Assembly (NCBI GenBank): GCA_028023455.1
Contig: JAQFVV010000001.1
Location: 12,462,001-12,526,000 of the forward strand
Direction of reading: 5' to 3'
DNA: 64,000 bases
Origin: Epiperipatus broadwayi
Lineage: Eukaryota; Animalia; Onychophora
A program made the translations under genes and the position numbers. The stretch's first letter is position 1, and each line of letters starts with the position of its first letter. The notes under the pieces are model-generated. The model saw only the letters and a list, made by a program, of their open reading frames with translations. It made no database searches and had not been told where the DNA came from. Below are positions 10,198 through 23,290 of the stretch, piece after piece.

Positions 10198-13100
10198 GAG
10201 TAGGCATTAGATAGGGATTTTATGCACAAGCCTTCTGGCATCCATTGATTACTCTGTTTAGCACAGGTGGCAATACTGTATGGAGAGTTTTGCTCTGTTT
10301 ATTTATATGTGTGTGTGAGTATATAACTAATATAATATTTGTGAACTACAGCTCTGAAAGACCATTAAAAATACACTGTAAATTTTAAAATACAAAAAAG
10401 AAATAGAATATTTTGAGAGAGTAGTTATTTTATAAAATTATAATTTTTTTTTTGATATTTTTATATAAAATATGCCATGCATGTGGTGATAAATATTAAA
10501 AATACTATGTCAAGTTAAGATTTAAAGTACAATATATGCTATTAATTTTATATTTAATGAACATCTCATGAATTCATTATAATAATAGAAAGATATAAAT
10601 AAAAATGTGATGGAAAATGATTATGCTTATAAAATAGTGTATTGACAGATATATGCTGTCAATTCCAATAAAAAATGAATATTTATAGTTATGCATTTGA
10701 TCTTTTAGCAGCTGCATAGTTATGTCGATTTTAAGGTATATTATCGTAATAAGTCTAGATCAAAATCTAAAACGTAGGAAAGTTCATAATGTTTTCCTTC
10801 CCTTCAGAATGTTTCAAATAAAATGATTGAATACTATAAAGGAAACTGAATAAGTTTAATATAATCATCTCTATTATAGGAGACAGTTTTAACTCATTAT
10901 TTTCCCCAAAGAAGTTGTTTTAATTTTAGAACTTTTACTATGTGTTTAATGTATTTCATAAATTTGACCATCCACATTATTGTTTATAAACTGTCATTAA
11001 TTTATCAGAAAACTCTAAAAAACAATAAAAAAAATAGCAATATTTAATAGCAGTCTGAATAATAAATTTGCATTCAGTTTTCTATTAAGTCAAACTGTTT
11101 TTGATTACATTTGCAAATTGGAGAACTAATGTTTGTCTCAGAATTGAGAAAGCTAAAACCTTTTTTATTAGAGCATATTTTTCTACATGACTAATACATA
11201 AGATATGACTCTTGGAATTTGTGCTAATGGAATATTTTGTGTTTTGTCTATAAAAAGTTTTTTCCCCATAAGATTCTATGGTAAAATCAGTATCAATATT
11301 GATAGTTTGGTATTAAAAAAAAAATTCTTTACAGCAGTTGTGTCAGAACTGATTTATTAACTTCCTGATGATGATTGGGCTTGCAGATAAAAAGTTTTGC
11401 ATTTAGAAAAGGCTGATTTTTAGTTGTGTATCTAGTGATGTTATTGCATTTAAGAAACTGAAGAAGTGATATCGTCCATTATATAATTATTAAAAAATAT
11501 ATATATTATTTACAGTGAGACCAAACTCTGCCGTTAACAAAACTACCATTAAATGAATTAGACTTTTTTTTGTGCATGTGAATACATTATAAAGGACAAT
11601 CAAAGTTACTTAGCTATAATATTTTTTTTTAACAGTCAGTTGTATTTTAGTAATGATTCATAGTTCATTAATTATTTTATTAATACAATTAATTAAACAT
11701 TTATAAACCACATCAGAAAGAATTTAAAAAATAATATCCCAGAATTCTTATCATAACCTGTTTTATGTAGGGAGGGGGTGATGATATCAATTTATTGCAG
11801 TGATTTTCTTTGAATAATCATATTTACAAAATATTTGTCTTATAATATTGAAAACAAATGTGTATTATTTGAAATATAGTTATAAAGTGCTTTAAATTTA
11901 AACAGAAAGGATTTACATCCTAAACATGTGTGATGTTGTTATAATAGCTCAATGATGTCTGGTGAGTACTGAAGGATACTCTCATATCAAAGCACGAGAT
12001 AAAGACTTTTGTATTTAAATTCACTTATGTAGACTAATCTAAAAGTGTTAGTTTGAGAGCAATTGAGAGTATCCTCAGTCCTCAATAAGACATCATGGAA
12101 TTATTATAACAATGTTGTAGTGCATGTTTAGGGTCTAAATTCCTTCTGTTTAAATTACATACGATCTCAGCTCTAGTAAATAAAATTGAATATTACAAAA
12201 GTGTTTAAAACAAATGCCCATAAATAACAATTTTATAATTAATAAACTTAAGCTTTTTTAAAAATGTTATTATTCAACTCTGAAAGAAATCAAATTACTT
12301 TTGTGCTAGTAAATTAAAGTTTCCTCCATTCCTCTTTTTTTGTTTTTTAAACAATAGATTAAAGAAGTAAAATAAGTTTGCAGCTGAAACTACATATAGT
12401 AAACTGAATTATTCAATTCTGAAAATTTGTTTTACTTAGAATGTTTGCACAGTTTTATATATACACAATATAATATTGTTGCTATAAAAATGTGTATTTT
12501 GGAATTAGACTTGCAACATAGGGGAGATAGGAGGTCTTTTCACACCGACAATAAATGTGTAATGTCACAATGACATCAAATTGAAAGGAAATAAACCCTG
12601 CGAGTATGCATGTGAAAAACGTGTTTTTCTTTATCAACGCGATCTTTTTTTTGTAATACTTTGACATTTTCAGTTATTGTCCAGATTTCTCACAACCATA
12701 CTTAACAATATAAAAGAAATGGTTCCGCCAGGATAAAAACCTAGTAAAAATCTCATATGTATTTTTTTGTTGTTGTTGTTTTGTTTCATTTTTGATTTAA
12801 TTTGTTTATTAAAAAAATACATTAGCATTTCTGTTGAAAATCCCAACATATTCTGCAATCATGTGCTACATTTTCGGAGGGAAAATTTTTAGTAGAGATC
12901 TCCATTTTCTGTGGTAATAGTACATCTGAAATCTTTTGTTTCAAAGTGACAATTCCTGCTATATATTATACAGTAAGTATCATATGCATATAGTTAATGT
13001 GCTTTTATAAATATTTAAAAACCAAAATCATTTACTGTTTCTTTAGTGCATATTTAAAGTAACAATTTTTTTGGATATTGGCATCATTTCATTAAGATCG

Positions 13101-13224
13101 CAAATCACTTTTTTATTTTATTTCAAATGTTGTTCTTAAAAGTTGTTAGTGTGAAAGTCATACATATTTCAATTTCTTGTTCAAAATCATACGTTTATTA
13201 TTTTTTTACTTTTAGTTATTTTGT

Positions 13225-13486
13225 CCTGTAACATGGAGCATGTATTAGACCTACTGAGCCTTTTCACATTTGTATCGGCCTCCTGATAACTTTGTAAATC
13301 TTGCCAAAATATCATATACAAGATCTGTGTACATGTTACTTTTTTTTTTTGCAAACTGCGAAAAATATTGTGTACAAAATCTGTGTGCACATTATTTTGG
13401 TTAAATCATAAGATTATAAAGTTATCAGCAGATTGATACGAATGTGAAAAGATGCAATAGGTCTAATGTATGCTCTGTGTTGCAGG
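13225..13486. repeat. Diverged foldback (palindromic MITE-like) element, about 260 bp
   Basis: Left arm CCTGTAACATGGAGCATGTATTAGACCTACTGAGCCTTTTCACATTTGTATC...CTGATAACTTT aligns by eye to the reverse complement of the right arm, CCTGCAACACAGAGCATACATTAGACCTATTGCATCTTTTCACATTCGTATC...CTGATAACTTT. Short central T-run spacer. No TSD recognised. Confidence 0.75.
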
Positions 13487-16400
13487 TCTAATACCAAAGT
13501 ATCAAAATAAGTTATTATAATTCAATAAATGCATAACATTAAATGAAATTCAAATATATTAAATGAATCCAAAACAATGCTAGAAAGTTTTAACAATGCA
13601 ATCTAAGTAACCATGATTCGATTTTATGTGTGTCTAAATACAAGTAGCGCTTTTGAAATTTCTGTTATTAGTTTGCATTCATTTAGTGTATATATTGTTA
13701 TGGATAACTCCAACACCCCTCTAATATCTAGTACACATGAGACCCAACTCTAATTCAAACCCCATGATATTAGCGTTACTCGTTAATGAATAATATTAGG
13801 TAATGTTAGGGCACATAAAATGACAAACATCAATCACAACCTAAGTCTTAAAGCCCGTTCTAAATAAACATTAACTCAAAGTTTAAACCAAGTCAGTCAA
13901 ATAGATATGACAACTAATCATTGCAACAATTAACATTGAATGTATTATGATTACCAACACAAAAGAACATCGTAAAATAGATAGGATGAATGAATACAAT
14001 CAAGAAAAAAAATCCATATTTATAATATTAAAGTAGAGAAAAATCAAATGTTTTTTTTATATTTTTTTAACACGTCGTTTATGTAAAGTAAAAGGGATGA
14101 GCACGAATTATCTTAATGTAAAATATACAATGAACTTTTAATTCAAGAAGGACAAAAAAATTCTTTTATCTGGGGAAAAACATCTAAACATTCTCTACCC
14201 AAAGGAATGGAAAGGAAAGTTTGAAGGTCAGTATCGACCAATTCGAATTTGTAATACTTTTAAAGAAATTTTTTACAATGAAACATCCATCTCATAAAAC
14301 AACTAAATAAAGAATTCAAAAATTAATAAGTTGCAAACAAAATAAAGTATTCAAATCTTTAAAACCACTATTGATTCCTTACTATAGATTTCTAAACCTA
14401 GATATAAAAACATGCAATAGAAGAAGAAATATTGACATTGCTCCAATCAACTTAAACTACAAAAACAAATATATGCATTGACAAAAGTTAAATATGCAGT
14501 GCTAAGTGCAAGAAAGCTCATCGTTAATCGCAGAGCTATCGACAAGATCGATATGAGATTGTCCTATCTCTCCATGCCTGGATTGATAAATATCGAACTG
14601 ATCCATTATGAATTTTTTTTTTTCACTCTTCATTTCAAAACTTGAAGGCTAGTAAAATCGACCTATCCAGTGGATGTTTGAATTCCTAGCTGTGCATAAA
14701 GGAACCACCACGGATTATGGGAACAAGCCATTACGACAGTGCCTATACAAACTATAAAGCCAAGTTATAAAGTTGATGTCATCTATATTTGTTTATATGC
14801 TATATATTATAATTTTATTTATTTTAATATAGGGCCAAATAGTTTTAATTTTAAGGTTTGTGAAATAAAAATAAAACCTTACTTCAAAACATTACCTTTG
14901 ATAGACAAATTCTATGAGGTATGTTCTTGATTATGAAATAGTCCAATCACTATAAATGGGACAAGATAAGACGTTACCTAATACATATATAAATTCAACA
15001 TTCATATATGTACAGCACATATACTTTCTTTAATTATTCTAAAGTTTATTATGTTAATATTTTTTTTTATATATTTTCTTTGCTTGTCTTTTTAATTATT
15101 TTTGTCACGAACTTGTAACTCCTTGTAACTCCTTCATCGCACACACATTGTACATGACAGGTGGGTCTTTTAAACCATCATGGCATTAAATAACAGATAA
15201 AAAAAAAAGTAAATGAATACTGTACTATATATAGCAATGTTGTACAGAATATGAAAATCATTTATGTTACTCGGTACATTTAGTGGTTATTTTTTATGGG
15301 ATCAGGATATGGGATATTGGTATAAACCAGAATGACCACAGATTTCTAAATAAGTTTTCCCTAATTTTGTTTTAAATTTTATTGTTTAAATACTAATCAA
15401 TGTAAATATGTTTATTAAATTTATATATTAAAACACAATTCTTGGTTCATTTTTTTGTGGTTAAATTTTGTTTTTGTCACATCCTTATACACATTACGAT
15501 CATTACTTGCATGTATACAATGTACCATATCCACTCCCATTAACAGACATATACTTATTTTACATATATTCAGACTCTGGTGATACAAATATACCTTGAA
15601 CCAGACGATCAAGCAACATCTCCCCGAGTGTGAATTCTGGAATAATAGAAGTAAACTGTAATATGTATGGAGTAGATTAAGGGTAGAATCAATAGTTATT
15701 TAAATCTTATTCTATCCTCTCCTAGGTAGAGTTTAATGTGTGAGGGATATGCATGAATGTGGACCACAGAGATATAATCTTTTTATCAGGAGGAACCCAC
15801 TCACCTTTGTGCAACCACTCCGTCCCATTACAATATATTATATATTAGTTAACATAAAAATATTTTGTTTGCAATGTGCAAATATTGTAAATAGAATAAT
15901 GCTATTTAAAAAACCACACTAAAATGTAATTCTAGATTTAAATGCATATTGGTGAAAAGCACAAGAATTTAAAGTGTCATTATAATAAAACCTCCTTTAT
16001 ATGAGCCTTTTTTTTTTTTTGCAAGATAAAAAGGTGTTTATTATTTAATTATTGATTATAAACCAACATTAACAGCTAAGAATAAATTATTTGAAAATAG
16101 AAATTTTTAGATGTGAAATATTTGAGATTCACTTGATAAAGAGCTATAATGATGTGCATAAATCAATTGTCTACTTCTAAAAACTTAAAAGAAAAACCCA
16201 ACTACATATATAATTTAGGGTTTGAAAATTATGTTAATTATTCAGCTACTTAATTAAAAAGAAAATCATTTTTCATCAATACTAGTTTGTTTCATTTTAA
16301 AATTGGTAGATTCATGAAATATTTTGCTAACAAATAATGTTTACACAAAATTTTATCCATTGTATTGTAATTTTAGAAATTCATTTTTAAATCTCAAAAA

Positions 16401-16508
16401 AAAAAAAAAGCAAAAACAAATTGGTATGTTTTTTTCTTTTTTTGATGGGTTGATTTAATAGTTTTTTTATTGTTTATATATTTAATATAGTCAAATATTT
16501 TTTTTTAG

Positions 16509-16642
16509 TAAATGCAGTGAATCCAATCACAGGAGAACTCTTGCACACAGATGAAACTGACAATGATAACCCTAGTGTAAATGGAGATGAACCAAAGAAA
16601 ATTCGGCAACCCCCTGGAGGTTCTTCCACGAAACTATGGTAA
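16509..16642 (+). CDS. Jupiter: Last coding exon of a Jupiter / HN1 (JPT) family microtubule-associated protein
   Basis: After a T-tract and TAG acceptor the frame reads NAVNPITGELLHTDETDNDNPSVNGDEPKKIRQPPGGSSTKLW* (TAA 16640-16642). The NP(I/V)TGE and terminal RxPPGGxSxxLW* motifs match the Jupiter C-terminus as remembered. An alternative in-phase CAG acceptor lies 9 nt downstream. Upstream exons not found in the window. Confidence 0.75.
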
Positions 16643-18109
16643 TTCTATCATTCGTATGGATATTTTTTATTAAAAGATGCTAATAAAAAAACTTAATAAT
16701 TCTTTGCCAAACCACTCAGCTGATTTTTTTTTACTGAATTTGCCCCCCTCCCCCCCCAAAAAAAAAAACTTAATTCTGTCACAATCTTTTCTCTGCTGTG
16801 AAGATTAAAATCAGCTGATTCAAAAATTATATCAATAAAATTCGAATTTAAAAATTTTTCTGTTTGTGTGTGTTTAAAATATTGTAAATAATTTTATTGC
16901 TAATTTATTTTTTTAAATTCGTTTCCTAAAAATAATACTCAGCAGAAATTCATTTTTTTTTCTGCTGTTTTTTATAACTATTGTAATATCAAGTAATTTT
17001 GAAATTTCTTTACATAAACTTGGATCTTCTGAACATTGCTTCTGGTCTTCCTGGGGTTTGCCTCATTTTTAATTTGTTAAAAGTGCAGTACATTTTTTTT
17101 TATCCATAATGTAGTTTAAAATGGATTGTTTTCGATTATTGTAGCAATTTAAATAGCTGTTAGTGTGGCTTTACTTGACAAATATATTTTTCTGCATGTG
17201 GATTTATTTTTTAAAAATTAGATATGTATTTTAAAGGTTAATAGTTGTTTATTAATCAAAATCAAGCTGACACATTTTTTTTTTTGTTAGCCATTATATC
17301 TAATTGATATTTAAATTATTATTCAACATTCTGTAATTATGTTTAGATATGCATGTATACATGTGTTTGTATATATACATACACACATGCACTAAAAAAT
17401 ATGCAAATATATATATATGTGTAAAGTGCATTAACATACCTTTGTGCGTGTGTGTTTACTTAAATATACATTGTTATTTTAGTAAAATATATGTATATGT
17501 GCACACATGTATATGTAAGTATATATAAAAATTTGTAATATTTGTGACTTTAAAGGAGTTTTTTGAATGTTAAAAAGTTAATCATATGTGAAGTAATTGC
17601 TATTATTGTTTCAGTTATTATACAGTCTCATGGAGAATATTTTGAGACTTTTGTGAATCATGACTTATATGTATCAATTTTTTTTTTTTACACCAACTGG
17701 TGCTATACATGTAAATTGCACTTTTAGCCATTGAAAAAAATCTTCTGTTAAAAATGCTACTTCTTCCAAGTGTACCTTAATTTTTCACAAATAAACTGTT
17801 GCTTGTTATTGAACTGCAATTGTTTGAATAAGTTTTTTTGTAGTTGTTTTAAAATCTACAACTTATTTTAGTTATTAATTTAAATTATACTCTGTGTAAA
17901 GTCCTCAAATTGATTCTAATTCTGGCACATGAACGTTTTATGAACTCGAAGCTATTTGATGTTTTATTAATCAAATTATCAGAAAAAGAACTTTGACAAT
18001 CTTGAAAATGGCATTTGAAAGAATTATATCCATATGTTTCTATCAAATTATAATATACAGTAAATTAAAAAAATATATAAAGGTTCTATATTTCTACTTT
18101 CTGCTAAAT

Positions 18110-18506
18110 CAGGGATCCCCAACCCTATGCCCGCGGGCACCATGGCGCCCGCAGACTATTTTACGTGTGCCCACCGATCTCCTAACACGATAAAAAATTA
18201 TTTATCTGATACAAATAAATTTAGTTTTTAAAATTTCTTATAAATTATTGTATTATATTGTAATCAAATTGTAGGGCATACTATACTTTTACAGCGTAAA
18301 AATATAAACGTTAATTAGATGTTAATATTTTATTTTTGAAATAAATATTTTTTTGTACATTGTGTATTATTAACAATATCCAACTATAAATTTACATTGA
18401 AAAAATAAATGATGCCCGCCATCTGGTTGAAACAAATAAATGGTGCCCGCCACCTGGCCGATATTATAGAATGTGCTCTTAAGTGCAAAAAGGTTGGGGA
18501 CTCCTG
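18110..18506. mobile_element. Non-autonomous hAT (Charlie-like) MITE, 397 bp
   Basis: TIRs CAGGGATCCCCAACC and CAGGAGTCCCCAACC (reverse complement). Perfect 8-bp TSD TGCTAAAT at 18102-18109 and 18507-18514. Repeated subterminal TGCCCGC motifs. Confidence 0.9.
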
Positions 18507-20857
18507 TGCTAAATCATATCTAATTAAATCCAATTGTTTCTTTATTAAATATCAGCTTATTCAAAATCTGGAAAAGTTTTTGGCATTGCATAAATTACAC
18601 AAAATAATACAAAATCTTTTCCTTTATATAAAAAATTCATAAACATATTTTTTAATATCCATTTACAATAAGAATCAAACATGCTTGAATATTATTAGGT
18701 TAGTATTCCAAGAGAAGTACGAGTATAACATTGATTATGCTGAAAAATTTTCAAAGTAAACGAATATTTGCTAATATAGCAATTACTTTGTACCAAATAT
18801 ATATACATCATTCACAATTATTTTAACAAACTTTGACTAACACTTCAAAATTCAAAATATTAAAATAGAGACAAATATTTCTATATGTAAAAAGCCATTT
18901 ATCAAATAAATAAAATTAGAGTAATTAAAAACAGCAGAGGACCAAGACCACATAGTTGAAATTGTGACTAAACTTAGAGAAACTAGGTTATTAAAACATT
19001 TTTATTTATTTATAAATAACCCACCAAAAAGATTTTTTCAGCAGCTTTTTATAAGTATTGAGGAATACTCCAGAAAATAAATACTACTATAAAACTAAAC
19101 TAGTTAAGAGTAGTAGATATTCGTCAATCAATATTGGATGACTTTGTGAGTTGTGTATGTATTGATTACCAGAAATTCTTTTTTTTATATATTTTCTGGG
19201 AAATTCTCATATATTTGCAAAAAAAACTTCAATTCAGATTTAATATCTGCCATTGACATAGCAGATAGACTATTATATTACAAAAACTATGAATATTATT
19301 GCAATTTACATTTGGATGAATATCGTGGAATCTGAAATTAGCCTCCTTTGTTCGATATTTATGAAAATTGAAGTACATCATTTGTGACATATAAAATCAA
19401 AAGATTTATTAGTATTATATGTTTTCCATCAATAACGAAGACCACATCATATTAAAATTGTATTTTTCATTTTTACAATCAGAGCATTAAAAATCATCTA
19501 ACTAATTTAGATTAACTGTTATTGTATCAAGGTAAAATAGTTAGATATTTTATTTAGAACCAGTGTTGAATAATTAGTTGTTGCCATATTCACAAGGCTC
19601 AATATATCAGAAGAAAATACTCTATAATAGATTTTAATGGTTAATATGTTGTCTACTTTTTCATTGCAGCAAACGTTTTGTTTGTTTTTTATCAGAAATG
19701 AGTTCTTCAAACTCAGGAAAAATATGAAAAGAATCTTAATTAATAAATAAATGTGTTTAACATTTGAGTTAAGTATGTAAACCGCCTTTATTGATTTTGT
19801 TTTTTAATATTTATTTATAAAATTATTTATTTTAAAGATTTATTTAATTAAAAAGTACAAAAACTTATTTTCACTTTTTATTTTTGAAAAAAATATACAC
19901 CACATACAAACAAAAAAAAAAACATTTTTATTATATTTCCAAAATTAGTTAAATCCAGACTACCAATAAAAATTTATACATATATATAATCTTCGTAATA
20001 GTTATTGTAAAAAGCATTATATATTTTTTTTCTTAAAAAAAAAAATCAATATATTACGAAGTTTAGCACCATGAGAAAAAAATTAATTTTTTTCATTAAC
20101 AAATTAATCACCGGTAAAAGATGAGACATTAATAAGACAAAACAGTAAAAAAAAAAGTATATATATAAAATTATGGGTTTCTACAAAATTAAACGAATAC
20201 ACACAGTCTGTAGCATAGACTGCAAAATATGATATACTTATTTTTAAGACTAAAAATAAAAATTAATATCCCCTTTATACAAATTTATACTAAAATTGAC
20301 AAATAATATTTAGATATTAAAGATTACCATAAAAGCTTTTTTCTCATTCACTTCATACCACATAATCATACACATTCACAACTTAAATTAATAAGACAGA
20401 AATTGTGATTAATATATACAAATGATTGTATTTAGAGAAAGTTGATGAAGTTTTTATAAATATTAAAGCTTCTTTGTTTTAAAAATTTCAATTAGCAAAT
20501 TAGAGAAACTTTGAGAATTGCTCTTAAAATATACACCAGTAATATATATTTATTGTCGCCTGAGTTATTCACTAGATGGAGCATTTCGTTATATTAGCAT
20601 AAACAAATCTGTTTTAAGTAGTTAGAAATATGAATCCCTGATCTGTATTATTAGACTAGATAGTAAATAATGTAAATCACAATTCTTAATATTTGTTTTT
20701 CATAAGAAGACTGCATTATTCCGTTTTATTTAATCTATTCAATACATAAAAATTTTATCTTAAATTTTGAATGATATTTTTTATGAATTATTAACATTTT
20801 TTTTTTTTTTTGCATTCAATACAACAATCACTTTTATTCCATTTTTACTTTCATATT

Positions 20858-20936
20858 GTTTAATGAAATTATTCGTTATAATTTTTCAACTTTAAGTTTA
20901 ATGAAATTATTCGTTATAATTTTTTAACTTTAAGTT
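20858..20936. repeat. 38-bp tandem duplication
   Basis: GTTTAATGAAATTATTCGTTATAATTTTT(C/T)AACTTTAA x2 with one mismatch. Confidence 0.9.
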
Positions 20937-23290
20937 ACTACTTTATTCTGAACTTTTAGAAATTTATTTGAAGATATTAACTGTCAAAATTGTACCATGA
21001 AATTAAGAGAAAAAATATCTTATTAATATTTATTTAACTCTGAATTCTATATCATATAACTGCATTTTAAAAGCTAATTATATTTCTTATGTTAATTGCA
21101 AATAGTTTTTAGATTTTTTTTGTTTGTAAAAAAAAAATAATAATATCACACATATTTAGATGAGTATATATTTATCCTTTTAGACTTATAATTCATACAT
21201 TATTTTATTCAAGTAATAAATACATAAAAGTCATATATTAATATATTGTAATTAATCTTTGTTATTATATACATATATTTTTTTTATAAAAAGGAAAGAA
21301 ATAAACATGGTGAGTGTTTCCTGTTTGAAATGCTTCATTCAAGAGGGTGTTTGAATTTTCAGTGATCATAGTCCAAGTTATCAGCCTAAATTTAGAAATA
21401 TGAATATTTAAGTTAAAATTATTATAAACAATTAATGTAAGTAATGAAAAATGAAATAGTAAAAATGAATATGCATGCATACAATCTGCTCAGTAAATGA
21501 GTTTTTCAAATTAGCACATTAAAAATATTAAACTAGAAAATTATTTTGAAAAGATAGATCTTTCTTACTTGTATACATTGTATTCATTAATATTGTGGTT
21601 GAAACCTGTATCATAAATAAAAGCACTCATGGAAAACATTGTTCCTCTTATTAGTACTAGCATTGACACTGGTGAATATTCATACGATGAAGTGATAATA
21701 GAATGTAGTGTATGATTCTACAATTCAATAGCTGCTAGATATTCAGAGGGATCTATGGAAATGTATGAGAACAATGTAATATGCTGAGTATTGATTGAAG
21801 GATGTTCAAACATTTCTTATAAATTTTGACCATGTTGTCTTAGAATTCTATTGCAAAGGTCTCTCTTTTTAAAGATTTTGAAAAGTTATGAAACATAGCA
21901 ATCTTTAATATTGAAGATGATTAGAAAGTTATTTATTATCGTGTCTATCAAGAGAAATAAGCTTTTTTTATATTAAAGTTTTTTTAATCTTGCGAGATCA
22001 GAGATGTTTATTAAACATCTCATATCTTGTACAAGTCACAAATGTATATGTGTGTAAATATGCACACATATTAATGTTCATATACAGCCACAGATTTGTA
22101 GGAATTGGACAAAGTAATGGTAACATCTGTTGTATGTTTTATATTTTTAACATCATGTAACAAAGTAATGGATATACTTATTGATATAATTTGTTTTTAA
22201 TTTATTGATAGAATCCCAAAGAAATGATAAATGTCAGACAGGAAGTCATTAGTTTTATAAATGTACGAGAAGAAAATTGATGTCTTAAATTAATATTTCA
22301 ACATCGACAATCTCATGGATGATGATGATTGCACTAATCAAAGTTGAGAGAACAAACTGCCAAAAATTGGTGAAGAGATTAATGGACACTATGAACATGC
22401 ATCCAGATATTTTGCTTTTGATCTCTTCTTGTTATTTCCAATATGCATATTTCATCAAGTAATTTGAAATCTGTTGCTCTTCTGCTGAGTCAAATTCTTA
22501 GATCCATTAGTTGGTAAAATACATATATTAAAAACTTTCCTTTTCAAACACAAGCAGATTTTATTTTATTATTAAATTGTTTCTATTAGAAGTACATGAT
22601 CAGAGTTTATAAATTTGTGGTTGTTGTAAAGAAATAAATTGTTAAGTTTGGCTACAAATTGAAATTAGTAAATAAAAAAGCTATACTGTATATGAAAACT
22701 ATTTTAAAAATATCTAATAAAAAACTTAAAAGATTATTTATATGTTGATAATGTATTACAATCAATTGCAGGTTTTAGTTATTTATATATATTTTTAAAA
22801 AAACAATTCTAAGAAATAATTGAAGTTAAAATGTGAATATGAATTATTTTAAAATTCAATTATCAACAATGATACCTTTTATAGTATTTTTCTAAGTCAA
22901 GGAATAGCCTTATTAACATAAACCTTCTTTTAATAATCTTGCAAATAACAGACACTAAAAGAATTCCACTTATTATTCTAAGACACTCATACTATTTTGT
23001 AAGAATAATTTTTCAGTCTGAACTAGAAATCATTTTTTTCAGTTTTATACTGAACTAGAAATTAGTTCTCAGTTTTATACACTGTTTAGTTGGAGTTTAT
23101 CCATTTTTCTGAAACTATTATTTTTACTAGTGATTTTTATCATTATCAATCTTTTCCACAAGATCAAAAATTACACAAATGATTGTTATTATTGGATCCC
23201 TTTGTACACACTATCTTCACCAATACAAATCCCACTGATCGATCTTTTCAAGTAGTTAAACCGTTTCATTTTAATATCAAAACCAAATAG

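Larger units (their letters stand above)
8411..10302. repeat. Hammerhead-ribozyme-containing 456-bp monomer array with inverted arm (retrozyme / PLE pseudo-LTR-like insertion)
   Basis: Direct units start at 8411, 8867 and 9323 (period 456; the third is truncated at 9677). An inverted 628-bp arm runs 9675-10302. A 13-bp direct repeat TATTTATATGTGT flanks the insert at 8402-8414 and 10300-10312. Units 1 and 2 differ at 6 of 456 sites. Confidence 0.92.

Noticed and set aside
12715-12740. MVPPG* resembling a Jupiter PPGG motif
   Set aside because: Immediate stop and no usable splice sites; treated as coincidence.
15574-15650. Possible upstream Jupiter exon (DSGDTNIP*TRRSSNISPSVNSG)
   Set aside because: In-frame TGA, weak donor and phase mismatch with the 16509 exon.
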